Positions 37,169 through 50,276 of a DNA stretch of 64,000 nucleotides are shown piece after piece. This stretch comes from Squalus acanthias. Its lineage: Eukaryota. Both the position numbers and the translations under genes were made by a program. The stretch's first letter is position 1, and each line of letters starts with the position of its first letter. The notes beneath the pieces are model-generated. The model saw nothing but the letters and a program-made list of their open reading frames with translations. It did no database searches and was not told where the DNA came from. The DNA lies in NCBI GenBank assembly GCA_030390025.1, contig CM059432.1, forward strand, positions 12,586,001-12,650,000, written 5' to 3'.

Positions 37169-37509
37169 TAAGAGTTGAAAAGTGTTAATTTTAAAGAGTA
37201 TATACAGTGACATGCCTAATGTGTATGAGTCAACAGCAACGTATCATGCAGTATTGCAACAGTGTTTGGTATAAAGGCCTTTTCAAGAAGTGAGTGTGAC
37301 AGTGGTAAGTTGCAGTTTGAAGGATTGCTCTGCTGTTGTATGGTCATGTATGGCAAGCACTGACAGAGCTGTTAGATTGCTTGCTTTAACACAGGGCAGC
37401 AGTACAGATTTAAAGTTGGGAGCAAACAGTTTGTGGAATATATACTTGTCCCAGCTATTTGGTTTAGATCCCATTTAGGTTGTCTTATTTTACCTTCACA
37501 GTCTAAAGC

Positions 37510-37830
37510 CTTCTTCCTCACCTCCCAAACCCGTGACCTCTACCACCTAGAAGGACAAGGGCAGCAGGCGCATGGGAACACCCACCATCTCCAAGTTCCC
37601 CTCCAAGTCACACGCCATCCTGACTTGGAAGTATATTGGCCGTTCCTTCGTCGTCGCTGGGTCAAAATCCTGGAACTCCCTCCCTAACAGCACTGTGGGA
37701 GTACCTTCACCACACCGACTGCAGCGGTTCAAGAAGGCGGCTCACCACCACCTTCTCAAGGGCAACTAGGGATGGGCAATAAATGCTGGCCTTGCCAGCG
37801 ACACCCACATCCCAGGAACGAATAAAAAAA
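37510..37830 (+). mobile_element. 3' fragment of the 2343-5890 LINE family
   Basis: Matches about 5580-5890. Confidence 0.9.
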
Positions 37831-39237
37831 ATTGTAACCAAGTTTTGTGGGTACAGGAGACTGCATTAAACTTTGTGCCAAATTCTTTCCAGTCATTGCA
37901 CACAAGTACCGATGAGTAAGGGTATCCTGGTATTCCAAACAAGGCAAGTAAGTAAGGAAGTAAGAATTCTGGATCAATTCCACTCTAAAAGGCTGCTGCA
38001 GACCTTTACGGCTCTGCAGCAGCACTCCCAAATTTGGGCCGCATGCATTCCTTTTCCGCATTGCGGGCAGGAGCTTGTCGTGAATTTTTAAACTGGAGGC
38101 AAACCAGAAGTTCACTTGAAAACAGGCATTTCTTATTAGTCCAGCGGAAACCCCACCATGCTCAGTTTCTGCCTTTTAACGGCATAATTGGACTTTGTAC
38201 GCTCTGATTGAATCGCATGGTTATGTCACTGAAGTTGGCACCGCAAACAAATCATAAGACCTTGACATCAGATTTTTTTTTTTTTAAAAACAAGCTGTTT
38301 AATACGGTCCCTTACAAAAACAATTCTTGTAATATTTTGAATTGTCTGTAATGCTTTAAATTTCACTAAGGGGAAAGACGCCATGAATTCAGCCTCCCAA
38401 GAGGGAACAGCTGATTATTTGGAAGTGTGAGGACACTACTGGCCTTGTCAGAACTTTTTAAGCAAACTTAACTCATCATCAAATGTCCTTCATGTGATGA
38501 TTGAATTGTGGCTGGGCACGGCACCCAACAATGGGGAAAATGCAGGGCCGGTGGGGAGTTTCTTACCGTTCAGTCTTGTATAAAATATTTAATGTAAGTG
38601 GGTATCTCTGTTCTGATGTTTCTGTGGGTAACCTTTTCCTGCTTCCTCTTCCCCCCCGCCAACTCCCCCTTCCCCCCCACCCCCCGTCCCCACCGCCACC
38701 GTCCCGCCATCCACCCCCCACCCCACCCTGCTCCCAGTCTACTCAACAAGATTGTTTGGCAATCTACGTCCTGTGCGACAATGTTAGGCATTTTACAATT
38801 TGGACACTGTGGTATGCTCAACATAACTACCACATTACACGTGGCTACAATTATAATTGAGGAATCCAATTAGTCAAGTTTCAAGATAATTACTTTTTTA
38901 AAACTGTGACTTGATATTTCATAACTGTTAAAATCCGTGTTAATGAGAATTAGCGAAAGAAAATTTGATTGTTAAAGACTGTTAAGGCCATGCCAAAGTC
39001 CCATCATATCTATCATGTGCGAGATTGCACAGAGAGAGGGAATATTAAAAAAAAACTGAGTTCTAAGCCCACATTCAGAGCTGGCTTTGACTGTATGAAG
39101 GAAGGACAGGTTTTAAAAGTATCAGCACAGCTAGTACTTATCTACGTGTATAAAAATATTGCCTCTAGCCTGCATTTTGCCTGTAACACTTCACACATTA
39201 CACATTGGGTGTCACACTTCAGACATTAAATATTGCA

Positions 39238-40911
39238 GGGGCTAAATTGGATGGCCCCCGAAAATGGGCGCGGGAATCGCGATGCACGATTTATAAGTAT
39301 TTAAGCAGCATTTTACCAGGTTCTAACGATTTTTCCATGTTTTTTACGAGGCTCCCAGCGCTCGGGGATCACGTCAGGTAAGTGCGTCGAGTTCTCAATG
39401 ACTCTCCATTGCTGTGAATAGTTGACAGCTGCAAAAGTGGTATAAAAGCTACCATTTCACAGCTGTTGAATTTCCAATCTTAGAAGCTGGAGCCTTCAGG
39501 ATTTGGAATACACTTTTCAGCTTTATGGAGGTTTGAAGTGTTTGGAGCAAACTCTCTGGCCAGTGTCACCTTCTTGGAGCAACCTCTCTCACCATTGACA
39601 GATCGCTTCAGTCATCTCAACTTCAGCTGCCATCTATTTCATCAGCATCGGTGCCCTTGAAAAAATCTCACCTTGGTCCTCAGAATCCCACCACGATCAG
39701 CCCCAACACCAATGTTACCAGGCACACCAGCAGCACCAGGCACACCAGCAGCACCAACAACAACACCAACCTTCTCTGCAATCACCTGATGCTGCACAGG
39801 ACACAGGGCATCAGCACCCGAGCACATTGCTGCCCGGGAGGCCAGGGATGGCCCCACCATGGCCACATTTACTTCACTTGACGCTGTACACCCTGGCTGT
39901 CACATGATGTGCCAGGTTGGCACCACCCCACCTCAACACCATAAAGCATCCCTACAATGTCCAAGCCATTCCTTTCACACTCATCACCATTGGGGGTGGG
40001 GGGTGAGTACTGTTATGTCTCACCATTTACTGCAACTCACTAAGCCAGTTCCAAAGGTGCACACAAATCTGTCCAAGAAGGCAAAGTGTTGAAAATAAAG
40101 ATTTCAATGTTTGACACCACATTAACAGAAACTTTACATGAACATTGGCTAAAACACACAAGTGCCTACCCTTGTATGTTGTTAGTTGGTATGATTGGAC
40201 TGGGATGAGGGTGAGTGTGAGTGGTGGCTAGTGAGATGGGGAAGTGATAATGTAGATAGAGAGAGATGGGTGGAGGTGCAAGGTAAATTGGTGTGTGTAA
40301 GGATGTGTAGGAGTAGGGTAGGGAAGGCAGAGTGATGGGGATATGATGAGTGGCACAGCAGGATGGGGTTGAGTGTGGCTTTGCAGTAATGTTTCGTGAT
40401 CTACTGAGATCATTGAAAGGTTTGCGCCACTGCAGCCTGGTCCTCCTGACCACATCCCTGCTTGTGCCCTCCTGTGCAATGTGCAACCCGGCTGCGTTGG
40501 TCTCCTGGGGAGGTCTCTTCCGCCCACTGGAATGGAAGAGAACCTCCCTGCGCACTGTGACTCTCTCCATAAGCATATGGAGGGAGTCATGGGAGAGCCT
40601 GGGTGCAGCCGTACACCTCTGTGCAGTGCTTGTCAGTGTTTGCAGCACCTCAATGCTAAAGAACACTGACAGCACAACTGTCACAATGATTGTGGACATG
40701 GCCCCTTTAAGGAAACTGGCTGATGACGCGTCATCAAATAACGTCATCAGACCCGCTTCCTATTAATTGGCCGGGAACCTCGCAGGGCGGGCTTAGCAAG
40801 GCCCATCATCGGAATATCTTGTTGGAGGCCGGGATCGAGACAGATGCGGGGTCCCCACACGCCACGGACGTCGCCCGCCCCGGACCCGCCGAGGTTGGAA
40901 AAATCCAGCCC
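39238..40911 (-). mobile_element. Non-autonomous Harbinger (copy C), inverted relative of copy B
   Basis: Myb exon 1 remnant (-) at about 40390-40630, transposase remnant (+) at about 39645-39880, TIR aaaatccagccc at 40911; the left end is of a different type (ggggctaaattgg). Confidence 0.85.
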
Positions 40912-41313
40912 TGGGTGTCATCCTTCAGACATTAAACACGGGTGTCATCCTTCAGACATTAAACATGGGTGTCACCCTTCAGACATTAAACATGGGTGTC
41001 ATCCTTCAGACATTAAACATGGGTGTCACCCTTCAGACATTAAACATGGGTGTCATCCTTCAGACATTAAACATGGGTGTCATCCTTCAGACATTAAACA
41101 TGGGTGTCACACTTCAGACATTAAACATGGGTGTCATCCTTCAGACATTAAACATGGGTGTCACACTTCAGACATTAAACATGGGTGTCATCCTTCAGAC
41201 ATTAAACATGGGTGTCATCCTTCAGACATTAAACATGGGTGTCACACTTCAGACATTAAACATGGGTGTCACTCTTTAAACTTTAAACGTTGGGTGTCAC
41301 ACTTCAGACATTG
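40912..41313. repeat. 27-bp minisatellite tgggtgtca(tc/cc/ca)cttcagacattaaaca; 13 near-perfect plus 2 degenerate units
   Basis: Seen directly; further units at 39185-39232. Confidence 0.97.
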
Positions 41314-42029
41314 AGTGTCACCCTTTAGCGACACAGCTCTGTACATGAAAATTTATATATCATACTGGTACCTGATTGGTTCAAAAGTCATATTTCTAAA
41401 ACAGCAATAAATCACAACTGGCTAATTAGAGGGCATACCAATCAAAACCGGGTACAAAATCTAGCACTGAAGAACAACTAAGGACATAAGAGAACCAACA
41501 GTCAACAATGAGCAGTCATGAAAAACTATCAATGAAAAAGGAAGAGCATGGAGATCGCACTTCTTTTCTCACTAAGACTTAATACTGAAAATTAACTTCA
41601 TAAAGTATTAAAAATACAAAGTTCACAAGAAAAAGATTAAACCTATACGGTTGCATTTTGTCTGTTTTATATGTCGCTAATAACATTTTGCTTTGGAGGC
41701 CTGTCCCTCTCGTGGAAGCATTGGGTTTGAGTTCATGGGGATTCTGTGACGTGTCATTCTATCAGGCGAATGAAGGGGCTTAGCCATCTACAACTCCCAA
41801 GAGGCACCAGTATGACTCACTGCAAGATTGCCCACTATCACTCTGCAAGTCAATTGTGCACTACTACTCCCAGATTGCAATTAAGGCTGCCTGCATTCTA
41901 AGCCTATTCAGCAGCATCACTTTTTGGACTGGGTGTGGTGCATAACATCTGTTAACGATTTACAGCAAGAGTGTTCATTTACAGAGTGTACCACAACTTG
42001 CTGTGTGTATGCACTGGCCCTTCACTTTT

Positions 42030-42782
42030 TAAAATTCATTCAGGAGATGTGGGCGTCGCTGGCAAGGCCAGCATTTATTGCCCATCCCTAATTGCCCTCG
42101 AGAAGGTGGTGGTGAGCCGCCATCTTGAACCGCTGCAGTCCGTGTGGTGAAGGTACTCCCACAGTGCTGTTAGGGAGGGAGTTCCAGGATTTTGACCCAG
42201 TGACAATGAAGGAACGGTGATATATTTCCAGGACAGGATGGTGTGTGACTTGGAGGGGAACTTGGAGGTGGTGGTGTTCCCATGTGCCTGCTGCCCTTGG
42301 CCTTCTAGGTGGTAAAGGTCACAGGTTTGGGAGGTGCTGTCAAAGAGGCCTTGGTGCATCTTGTAGATGGTACACACTGTAGCCACGGTGCACCGGTGGT
42401 GGAGGGAGTGAATGTTTAAGGTGGTGGATGGGGTGCCAATCAAGCGGGCTGCTTTGTCCTGGATGGTGTCGAGCTGCTTGAGTGTTGTTGGAGCTACACT
42501 CATCCAGGCAAGTGGAGAGTATTCCATCACAGTCCTGATTTGTGCCTTGTAAATGGTGGAAAGGCTTTGGGGAGTCAGGAGGTGAGACACTCGCCGCAGA
42601 ATACCTAGGCTCTGACCTGCTCTTGTTGCCACAGTATTTATGTGGCTGGTCCAGTTAAGTTTCTGGTCAATGATGACCCCCCAGGATGTTGATGGTGGGG
42701 GATTCGATGATGGTAATGCCGTTGAATGTCGAGGGGAGGTGGCTAGACTCTCTTGTTGGAGATAGTCTTTGCCTGGCACTTC
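42030..42782 (-). mobile_element. 3' fragment of the 2343-5890 LINE family
   Basis: ORF 42075-42779: GVIIDQKLNWTSHI...IYKAQIRTVMEY. Confidence 0.9.
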
Positions 42783-43231
42783 TTATCTAGCAATGGAAAA
42801 TGCCTGAGGACTGACACTGTCCAGGTAACTCTGAATTGGTTTTAATTTTGGTGATAAATGCACAGTATGAACTTTATCTGAGGTAACTTTGTCAGGAAAA
42901 ATGATGTCAGTAACTATACATAAGGATTATAAAATCATAGAACTTTACAAAATAGAAGTAAGCCATTCAATCCATTGCATCTTTCTGAAAGAGCTATCAA
43001 CTTAGTCTCACTCCCATGTCCTTTCCACAATACCCTTTTAAGTTTCTTTTTTTCAACTATTTATCCACTTCCCTTATGTAACTAAAGCTAGGGTACAAAG
43101 GATGGAAAGTACATCATATGACGTATGTTCATGTGCATGGCATTTGTGGACAGGCATATTGTGCAAACACTCCCGAATGCACCACAACTTCTGATAGGTG
43201 GAAAGAGCAGAACCGCCTCCCTCTGCATCTG

Positions 43232-44005
43232 CAGAATGAGAGGTGATCTTATTGAAACATATAAGATTCTGAGGGGGGTTGACAGGGTGGATGCTGAGAG
43301 GATGTTTCCCCTAGTGGAGGTATCTAGAACTAGGGGGCATAGTTTCAGACACCCTCAAGGACACCCTCAAGGACACCCTCAAAGCCTCCTTGAAAAAGTG
43401 TAACATCCCCACCGACACCTGGGAATCCCTGGCCCAAGACCGCATAAAGTGGAGGGGAAGCATCCAGGAAGGCGCCGAACACCTCAAGTCTCTTCGCCGG
43501 GAGCAAGCAGAAGCCAAGCGCAAGCAGCGCAAGGAGCGCACGTCAACCCAAGCACCCCACCCACCCGCCCCTTCAACCACCGTCTGCCCCACCTGTGACA
43601 GAGACAGTAGGTCCCGCATTGGACTCATCAGTCACCTGCGAACTCATTTTTAATGTGGAAGCAAGTCATCCTCGGTTCCGAGGGACTGCCTAAGAAGAAG
43701 AAGGATAGTTTCAGAATAAGGGGTCGCCCATTTAAGACAGAGAAAGAGGAGGAATTTCTTCTCTCAGAGGGTCGTGAACCTTTGGAATTCTCTATCCCAG
43801 AGAGCTGTGGAGGCGGAGTCATTGAATATATTCAAGGCAGAGATTGACAGATATTTGAACTACTAAGGGAGTCAAGGGGTATGGGGAGAGAGCGGGAAAG
43901 TGGAGTTGAGGCCAAGATTGGATCAGCCATGATCTTATTGAATGGCGGAGCAGGCTCGAGGGGCCGATTGGCCTACTCCTGCTCCTGTTTCTTATGTTCT
44001 TATGT
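43232..44005 (+). mobile_element. CR1 3' fragment interrupted by an RTE tail
   Basis: RMRGDLIETYKI...TRGHSF|RIRGRPFKTE; (cttatgtt)n tail. Confidence 0.88.
43350..43704 (+). mobile_element. 5'-truncated RTE LINE
   Basis: Nearly identical to 46360-46688; 11-bp TSD atagtttcaga at 43339-43349 and 43705-43715; (aag)n tail. Confidence 0.92.
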
Positions 44006-44149
44006 ACTGCCACCGCCTAATGAGTTTACGATCATTTTTATACTGATTTGGAAAGGAAACCTTGTTCAGCTAGTTAAATGTTGTAGTTAAACTTCCAAAC
44101 TTCCTAATATGGCAGTTAGAAAAAATGGCATTTTCAATTTTGACATATT

Positions 44150-44510
44150 GCATAGAATTTGCAGCGCAGAAACAGACCATTCGGCCCATCTGGTCTGTGC
44201 CGATGTTTATGCTCCACACGAGCCTCCTCCCACCCTACTTCATCTCACCCTATCAGCATAACCTTCTACCCCTTTCTCCCTCATGTACTGATCCAGCTTC
44301 GGCTTAAATGCATCGATACTATTTGCCTCAACTACTCCTTGTGGTAGCGAGTTCCACATTCTAACCGCTCTCTGGGTAAAGAAGTTTTTCCTGAATTCCC
44401 TATTGGATTTATTAGTGACTATCTTAAATTTGTGTCCTCTAGTTTTGGGCTCCCCCACAAGTGGAAACATCTTCCCTTCCTCTACCCCATCAAATCCCTT
44501 CATAAGTTTA
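44150..44510 (-). mobile_element. CR1 3' fragment
   Basis: MKGFDGV...TRGHKFKI...WNSLPQGVVEA. Confidence 0.85.
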
Positions 44511-44517
44511 AGGACAA

Positions 44518-46940
44518 GGGCCCGTATTTTCCGATGCCTACAGGTGTGTACGAGCTGTGTACACACCCGTAGGGACATCGGAAATACCAGTTTCAGGCAT
44601 GCCAAGCGCAGGCCTGCTTTTACCAGCATAAGAGCTGAAAAAAGTTTTTTTTTAAAATTTCGCTCATTTATAATTTAAGAATACTTTTATTAAAAGGTAA
44701 GTTTATCTTTAGCCCTGTAAAAAACTTTAATTATTTTTTTCAAAAAATTAAATGTTTGTTTAAAATATTTAATTTATTGTAATTTCAAGCCATTTTAAAA
44801 ATGTGATCTTTTAAAAAAAAATGTATTTAAAGTTTTACTATGTTTTTGGGGTGATCTCCATTCATATATTTGATCTCCATTCATATATTCACAACCCCAG
44901 CCCGGCATGAGGTTGAAAAGGCCATCCGACAACTGAGGAACAACAAGGCCTCAGGAGCAGATGGTATCCCCGCCGAGGCACTAAAGCATGGCGGAGAAGC
45001 ACTACTGGTGCGAATTCATGAACTCATTTCTCTTATCTGGAAGGAGGAGAGCATGCCAGGGGATCTCAGAGACGCTGTAATTGTGACCATCTTCAAGAAA
45101 GGTGACAAGTCCGATTGCAGTAATTACAGAGGAGTTTCCCTGCTGTCTGCCACAGGGAAAGTCATCGCAAGAATCCTCCTCAATCGCCTTCTCCCAGTGG
45201 CCGAAGAGCTCCTCCCAGAGTCGCAATGCGGATTCCGCCCACTAAGGGGCACAATGGACATGATCTTCACCGCACGTCAATTACAAGAGAAATGCAGGGA
45301 ACAGCACCAACCACTGTGCATGGCCTTCTTTGATCTCACAAAGGCCTTCGACACCATCAACCGTGAGGGATTATGGAGTGTCCTCCTCAAATTCGGCTGC
45401 CCTCAAAAGTTTGTCACCATCCTCCGCCTGCTTCACGACGACATGCAAGCCGTGATCCTGTCCAACGTTTCCACCACAGACCCAATTCACGTACGAACCG
45501 GGTTCAAGCAAGGCTGTGTCATCGCACCAACGCTCTTATTTATCTTCCTTGCTGCAATGCTCCATCTCACCCTCAGTAAGCTCCCCGCTGGAGTGGAGCT
45601 AATTTACAGAACAAACGGGAAACTGTTCAACCTCCGTCGCCTCCAGTCCAGATCCAAGGTCGTCCCATCCTCTGTCGTCGAATTACAGTATGCAGATGAC
45701 GCTTGCGTCTGCGCTCACTCGAAGGTCGAACTCCAAACCATCGTCAACACCTTCACCGAAGCGTACGAGAGCATGGGCCTTACACTAAACGTCCGTAAGA
45801 CAAAGGTCCTCTACCAACCTGCCCCTGCCACACAGTACTGCTCCCCGATTATCAAAATCCACGACAAGGCCTTGGACAATGTGGACCACTTTCCATACCT
45901 CGGAAGCCTACTGTCAACAAGGGCAGACGTCGACGACAAAGTCGAACACCGCCTTCAGTGTGCCAGTGCAGCCTTCGGTCACCTGAGGAAGAGAGTGTTT
46001 GAAGACCAGGACCTCAAACCCGGCACTAAGCTCATGGTCTACAGAGCAGCAGTGATACCCACCCTGCTGTATGCCTCAGAGACATAGACCATGTACAGCA
46101 GGCACCTCAAAGCACTGGAGAGGTACCACCAACGCTGCCTCCGCAAGATCCTGCAAATCCATTGGCAGGATAGGCGCGCCAACGTCAGTGTTCTTGCTCA
46201 GGCCAACATCCCCAGCATCGAAGCTTTGACCACATTCGATCAGCTCCGATGGACAGGTCACATTGTCCGCATGCCTGATACGAGACTCCCAAAACAAGCG
46301 CTCTACTCGGAGCTCTGACACGGCAAGAGAGCCCCAGGTGGGCAGAGGAAATGCTTCAAGGACACCCTCAAAGCCTCCTTGAAAAAGTGTAACATCCCCA
46401 CCGACACCTGGGAATCCCTGGCCCAAGACCGCACAAAGTGGAGGAGAAGCATCCGGGAAGGCGCCGAACACCTCGAGTCTCTTCGCCGGGAGCAAGCGGA
46501 AGCCAAGCGCAGGCAGCGCAAGGAGCGCATGTCAACCCAAGCACCCCACCCACCCGCCCCTTCAACCACCGTCTGCCCCACCTGTGACAGAGACTGTAGG
46601 TCCCGCATTGGACTCATCAGTCACCTGAGAACTCATTTTTAATGTGGAAGCAAGTCATCCTCGGTTCCGAGGGACTGCCTCAGAAGACTTGACAGGTCTA
46701 TCTGTCAAGTGTATGAAGGGAGATTCCAATCTCCTATTGGCTCCCCATGGCCCACGTGATCCCAGGGACGCTTGCGAACTGCCTGCGCCTCTGGGCTATG
46801 TGGGCCTCTGCGCATTTTGAGTTTGGAGAGGCCCAGGAGCGGAAGTGTACGCACCTCGGGAGCCCTCAGGTAAGAGCGTAGATTTTTTTCCGATAGGAGG
46901 CATCCGCACGCAGGAAGCCACCGATCGGAAATGACAGGCC
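44518..46940 (+). mobile_element. Harbinger-like MITE (family of 54224-54979) carrying an RTE insertion
   Basis: TIRs gggcccgtattttccga / tcggaaatgacaggcc; shares ggcctgcttttaccagcataagagct and aaggtaagtttat with the 54224 element. Confidence 0.75.
44890..46688 (+). mobile_element. RTE-clade LINE, 5'-truncated; RT ORF with premature stops
   Basis: KASGADGIPAE, NYRGVSLL, ESQCGFR, FFDLTKAFD, GFKQGCVIAP, LQYADD, FPYLGS, C-terminal CPTC...HLRTH. Confidence 0.95.
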
Positions 46941-47707
46941 ATTATATTTTGTATGTGCCGCTGTTGGGTTCATAACTAACTCGACTAAATAGAAAACTGT
47001 AGCAATAATAAGTTACATTCATAAGAGGTTGGGGGAAGGATGCATTCTGCTGCTGTTTGTTGATATAAATGATGTTATCTGCCACCACTGGCACACTCCT
47101 GGAGTCCATGAGAAAGATAATCTCACACACAATGGAAAGGTTATTCTGTTCCAAATGGGAAATTATGAAAAGATGAGAGAGAAACAGGAGAAATGCAGGC
47201 AAAGGGGACAATGATTAAAAACTGATGAAATGATTAAATTATCATTTTATGATCATAGTTAGTTGTACTGTGTGGATTTTGTTGGCCAAAGTCAGTAAAA
47301 AGTCATATCTTATAACATGCTCTTCTAAAGCAATCCAACCGTTCAAAAAACAGATGTAATTTTTTTATGAACCAGAAGAAGAGTAAAATGTTTAAAATAT
47401 ACTGTAAAACGGGCAGCGTTCAACTTTCTTGGCTGTATTTCTTTAGAATATATATGCTGTGAGTGTTATGCTTAACAAAGTATACATTTTAATTGAGTTC
47501 TGAGGCAAGGGAAGAATGAGTCTTTAATTATAAAACATTACGAACACTACATTCCCAGTAATTAAGTCAGTTTGGATTGATTGCCTGAGCATTAACAGTA
47601 CAGCTCAGCCTGCAATTTATTATCACGGTTAGATCCTGTGCTAGTGTAACACAAGCTGAATTAACAACATTTCTTAAAAAATTACTATAAAAGCTGTTAT
47701 CGGAGCC

Positions 47708-48362
47708 CCAATGTTCCCGCTAAGCTGCGCGGCTGTGCCATCATCTGCAAGGACCCGCGCATCCCACTCACTGGCTTTTACATTGCAGGTAAAAAGAAAA
47801 AAAGAAAGACTTGCATTTATATAGCGCCTTTCATAACCACCGGACATCTCAAAGCGCTTTGTAGCCAATGAAGTACTTTTTGAAGTGTAGTCACTGTTGT
47901 AATGTGGGAAACGCGGCAGTCAATTTGCGCATAGCAAGCTCCCACAAATAGCAAAGTGATAATGACCAGATAATCTGTTTTTTTTTGTTATGTTGGTTGA
48001 GGGATAAATATTGGCCAGGACACCGGGGTTAATTCCCCTGCTCTTCTTCAAAATAGTGCCATGGGATCTTTTACGTCCACCTGAGAAAGCAGACGGGGCC
48101 TCGGTTTAATGTCTCATCCAAAAGACGGCACCTCCAACAGTGCGGCATTCCCTCAGCACTGCACTGGGAGTGTCAGCCTAGCTTTATGTGCTCAGGTCCC
48201 TGGAGTGGGACTATGAACCCACAACCTTCCTGACTTGGAGGCGAGTGTGCTATCAACTGAGCCACAGCTGACACAGGTACCGCGCATGCGCAAAGATTTG
48301 AATGGGCCGCGCATTGGGGGAAGCAGGCCGTGCAGGAGGCAGTGCGGCTTACGGGGGACACC
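47708..48362. mobile_element. Possible hAT-like MITE interrupted by a SINE
   Basis: Loosely inverted ends caatgttcccgctaagctgcgc / gtgcggcttacgggggacacc. Confidence 0.35.
47791..48274 (-). mobile_element. Full-length SacSINE1/DeuSINE-like SINE
   Basis: Reverse complement of the 32935-33398 family; caggta on both flanks. Confidence 0.88.
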
Positions 48363-48704
48363 CCCAAACATTTCACATTTATATATCCAAATATGGATAA
48401 TTGTTGTTTTATTATTACAACTTTTTTTTTCCACTTTGTGACTTTTTTTTGTGCTTCTCCAAGCTAGGGATGTTAGTGCTGGAGAATGGAACACTTTCCA
48501 CTTCTCCAGAATCATCATCAGCCACTGGTAGGGCAGGTAAAACATGGTTAAAAACAGAGGTGCTCTGTTCCCAGTCTTAGAAGAGCACTCCCTCCTTTCA
48601 CTCCATCAGTGACGGCTAGGAATTGAACACAGAGGTAAAAGGTTAGCATCTAACTTACTGCATCACTTAATCCCTCAGTATTACGGTGTTTTTAATCTGA
48701 ATAA

Positions 48705-49170
48705 TTACATAGAATTTACAGCACAGAAACAGGCCATTCAGCCCTGGTCTGTGCCGGTGTTTATGCTCCATGTGAACCTCCTCCCACCCTACTTAATCTA
48801 ACCCTATCAGCATAACCTTCTATTCCTTTCTTCCTCATTTACCCATCTAGCTGCCCCTTAAATGCATCTATACTATATATGCCTCAACTCGCCATGTGGT
48901 AGCAAGTTCCACATTCTAACCACCCTCTGGGTAACAAAGTTTCTCCTGAATTCCTTATTGGATTTATTAGAACATAAGAACATAAGAAATAGGAGCAGGA
49001 GTAGGCCATTCAGCCCCTCGAGCCTGCTCCGCCATTCAATGAGATCATGGCTGATCTTCTGCCTCAACTCCACTTTCCTGCACTATCCCCATTAGTGACT
49101 ATCTTATATTTAGTGACTATCTTATATTTAGTGACGATCTTATATTATATCCGACAAGTGGAAACATCTT
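48705..49170 (-). mobile_element. CR1 3' fragments (nested tails) with a 3 x 18-bp tandem ttagtgactatcttatat at about 49092-49146
   Basis: CR1 tail motifs; the tandem is seen directly. Confidence 0.8.
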
Positions 49171-49890
49171 CAGATACAAATTTTCCAGCACTTTATCATG
49201 CAGCTTTATTAAATGAGCAGAATGTGCCTTTGACAAATGTAGACGTATTATGAACTCATCAGAGAAACCCCACGGCTGTCCTGTTGGTGCTGTAATATGG
49301 ACGCGCTTCATGATGCGACAAAAGTGCTCGTTTTAATTAGTTGTTTTTTTAAACTTCCGAAACGTATGACTATTTTATGTCCATTCTAGCAGCACAGCTG
49401 TGTTATAAAGTGCTATCCTTAATCAGTACTAAGCTGGACACTTTTTTTTTCTGCAGCAAATACCATTCTGTCAAGGGTAAGCTTCTACTCAGCCTGCATA
49501 ATTTTGACAACACACTCAAATTTCCTGCACATGTCAAACACTAAACAGATGTGTGCTCTTTAATACTGCTCCAGAGCATGCTGAAGTGCAACCAGTCGAG
49601 GGAACGGGCCATTCCAGGCTAACACATGCCAACATTTTTCAGGCGTGCTGTAGACCATGAATTTCACACATTGTAGCAAAGGGCTGAAGAATTGCTTCAT
49701 ACTGTAATAATAGGGCGAACGGTTAATTACCACCCTGATTCTGGTTTTAAAGATTTTTTTTCCTACACTGTGGCGACAGTTTGAATGATTGCAGCATTTA
49801 TTACTATAACAGGGCGAACTGTTCTTTCTGTCTCCAACAAGTATGCGTATTTTTCACGTGCTATGAAGTTTGAATAATTATTTTATACTA

Positions 49891-50276
49891 CAGGAAACTC
49901 TTTATTAACCGGCACCGACGGGACCGGCGTGGTGCCGGTTTATCGAAAGTACCGGATAACGGAGAGTTATATCTACCGAGGCTATTTTTAACAAAGAAAA
50001 ATAAATAAATCAAGAAATGTGCAGTATACAGTATTTGGGTACTTTTGAAAACTACCCCTACTGACTAAATCGGCGTTCGCGGACTCGGACTCGGACTCGG
50101 GATCGGCAACATTGCCGGTTATTTGAGAGGAGTTTTCGGAGTACTCGCCGTTCGCGGAGACTCGACTGCGACTCGGCAACATTGCCGGTTATTTGAGAGG
50201 AGTTTTCGGAGGATGATTTTTGCCGGTTAAGCGAGAATTCCGGATATTTGGGTGCCGGGTAAACAAAAGTTTCCTG
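49891..50276. mobile_element. Tc1/mariner (Tigger/pogo-like) MITE
   Basis: TA TSD; TIR caggaaactctttattaaccggcacc versus the other end read inward caggaaacttttgtttacccggcacc; internal direct repeat of about 39 bp (starting near 50103 and 50173). Confidence 0.8.

Noticed and set aside
38640..38730. C-rich tract, potential G-quadruplex on the minus strand and Pro-rich ORFs
   Set aside because: Low-complexity sequence with no further supporting context.
40912..41313. CRISPR-like array, or repeat proteins (GCHPSDIKH)n and (MGVTLQTLN)n
   Set aside because: Units are head-to-tail with no unique spacers and there are no cas genes in this eukaryotic context; the ORFs arise only because 27 is a multiple of 3.
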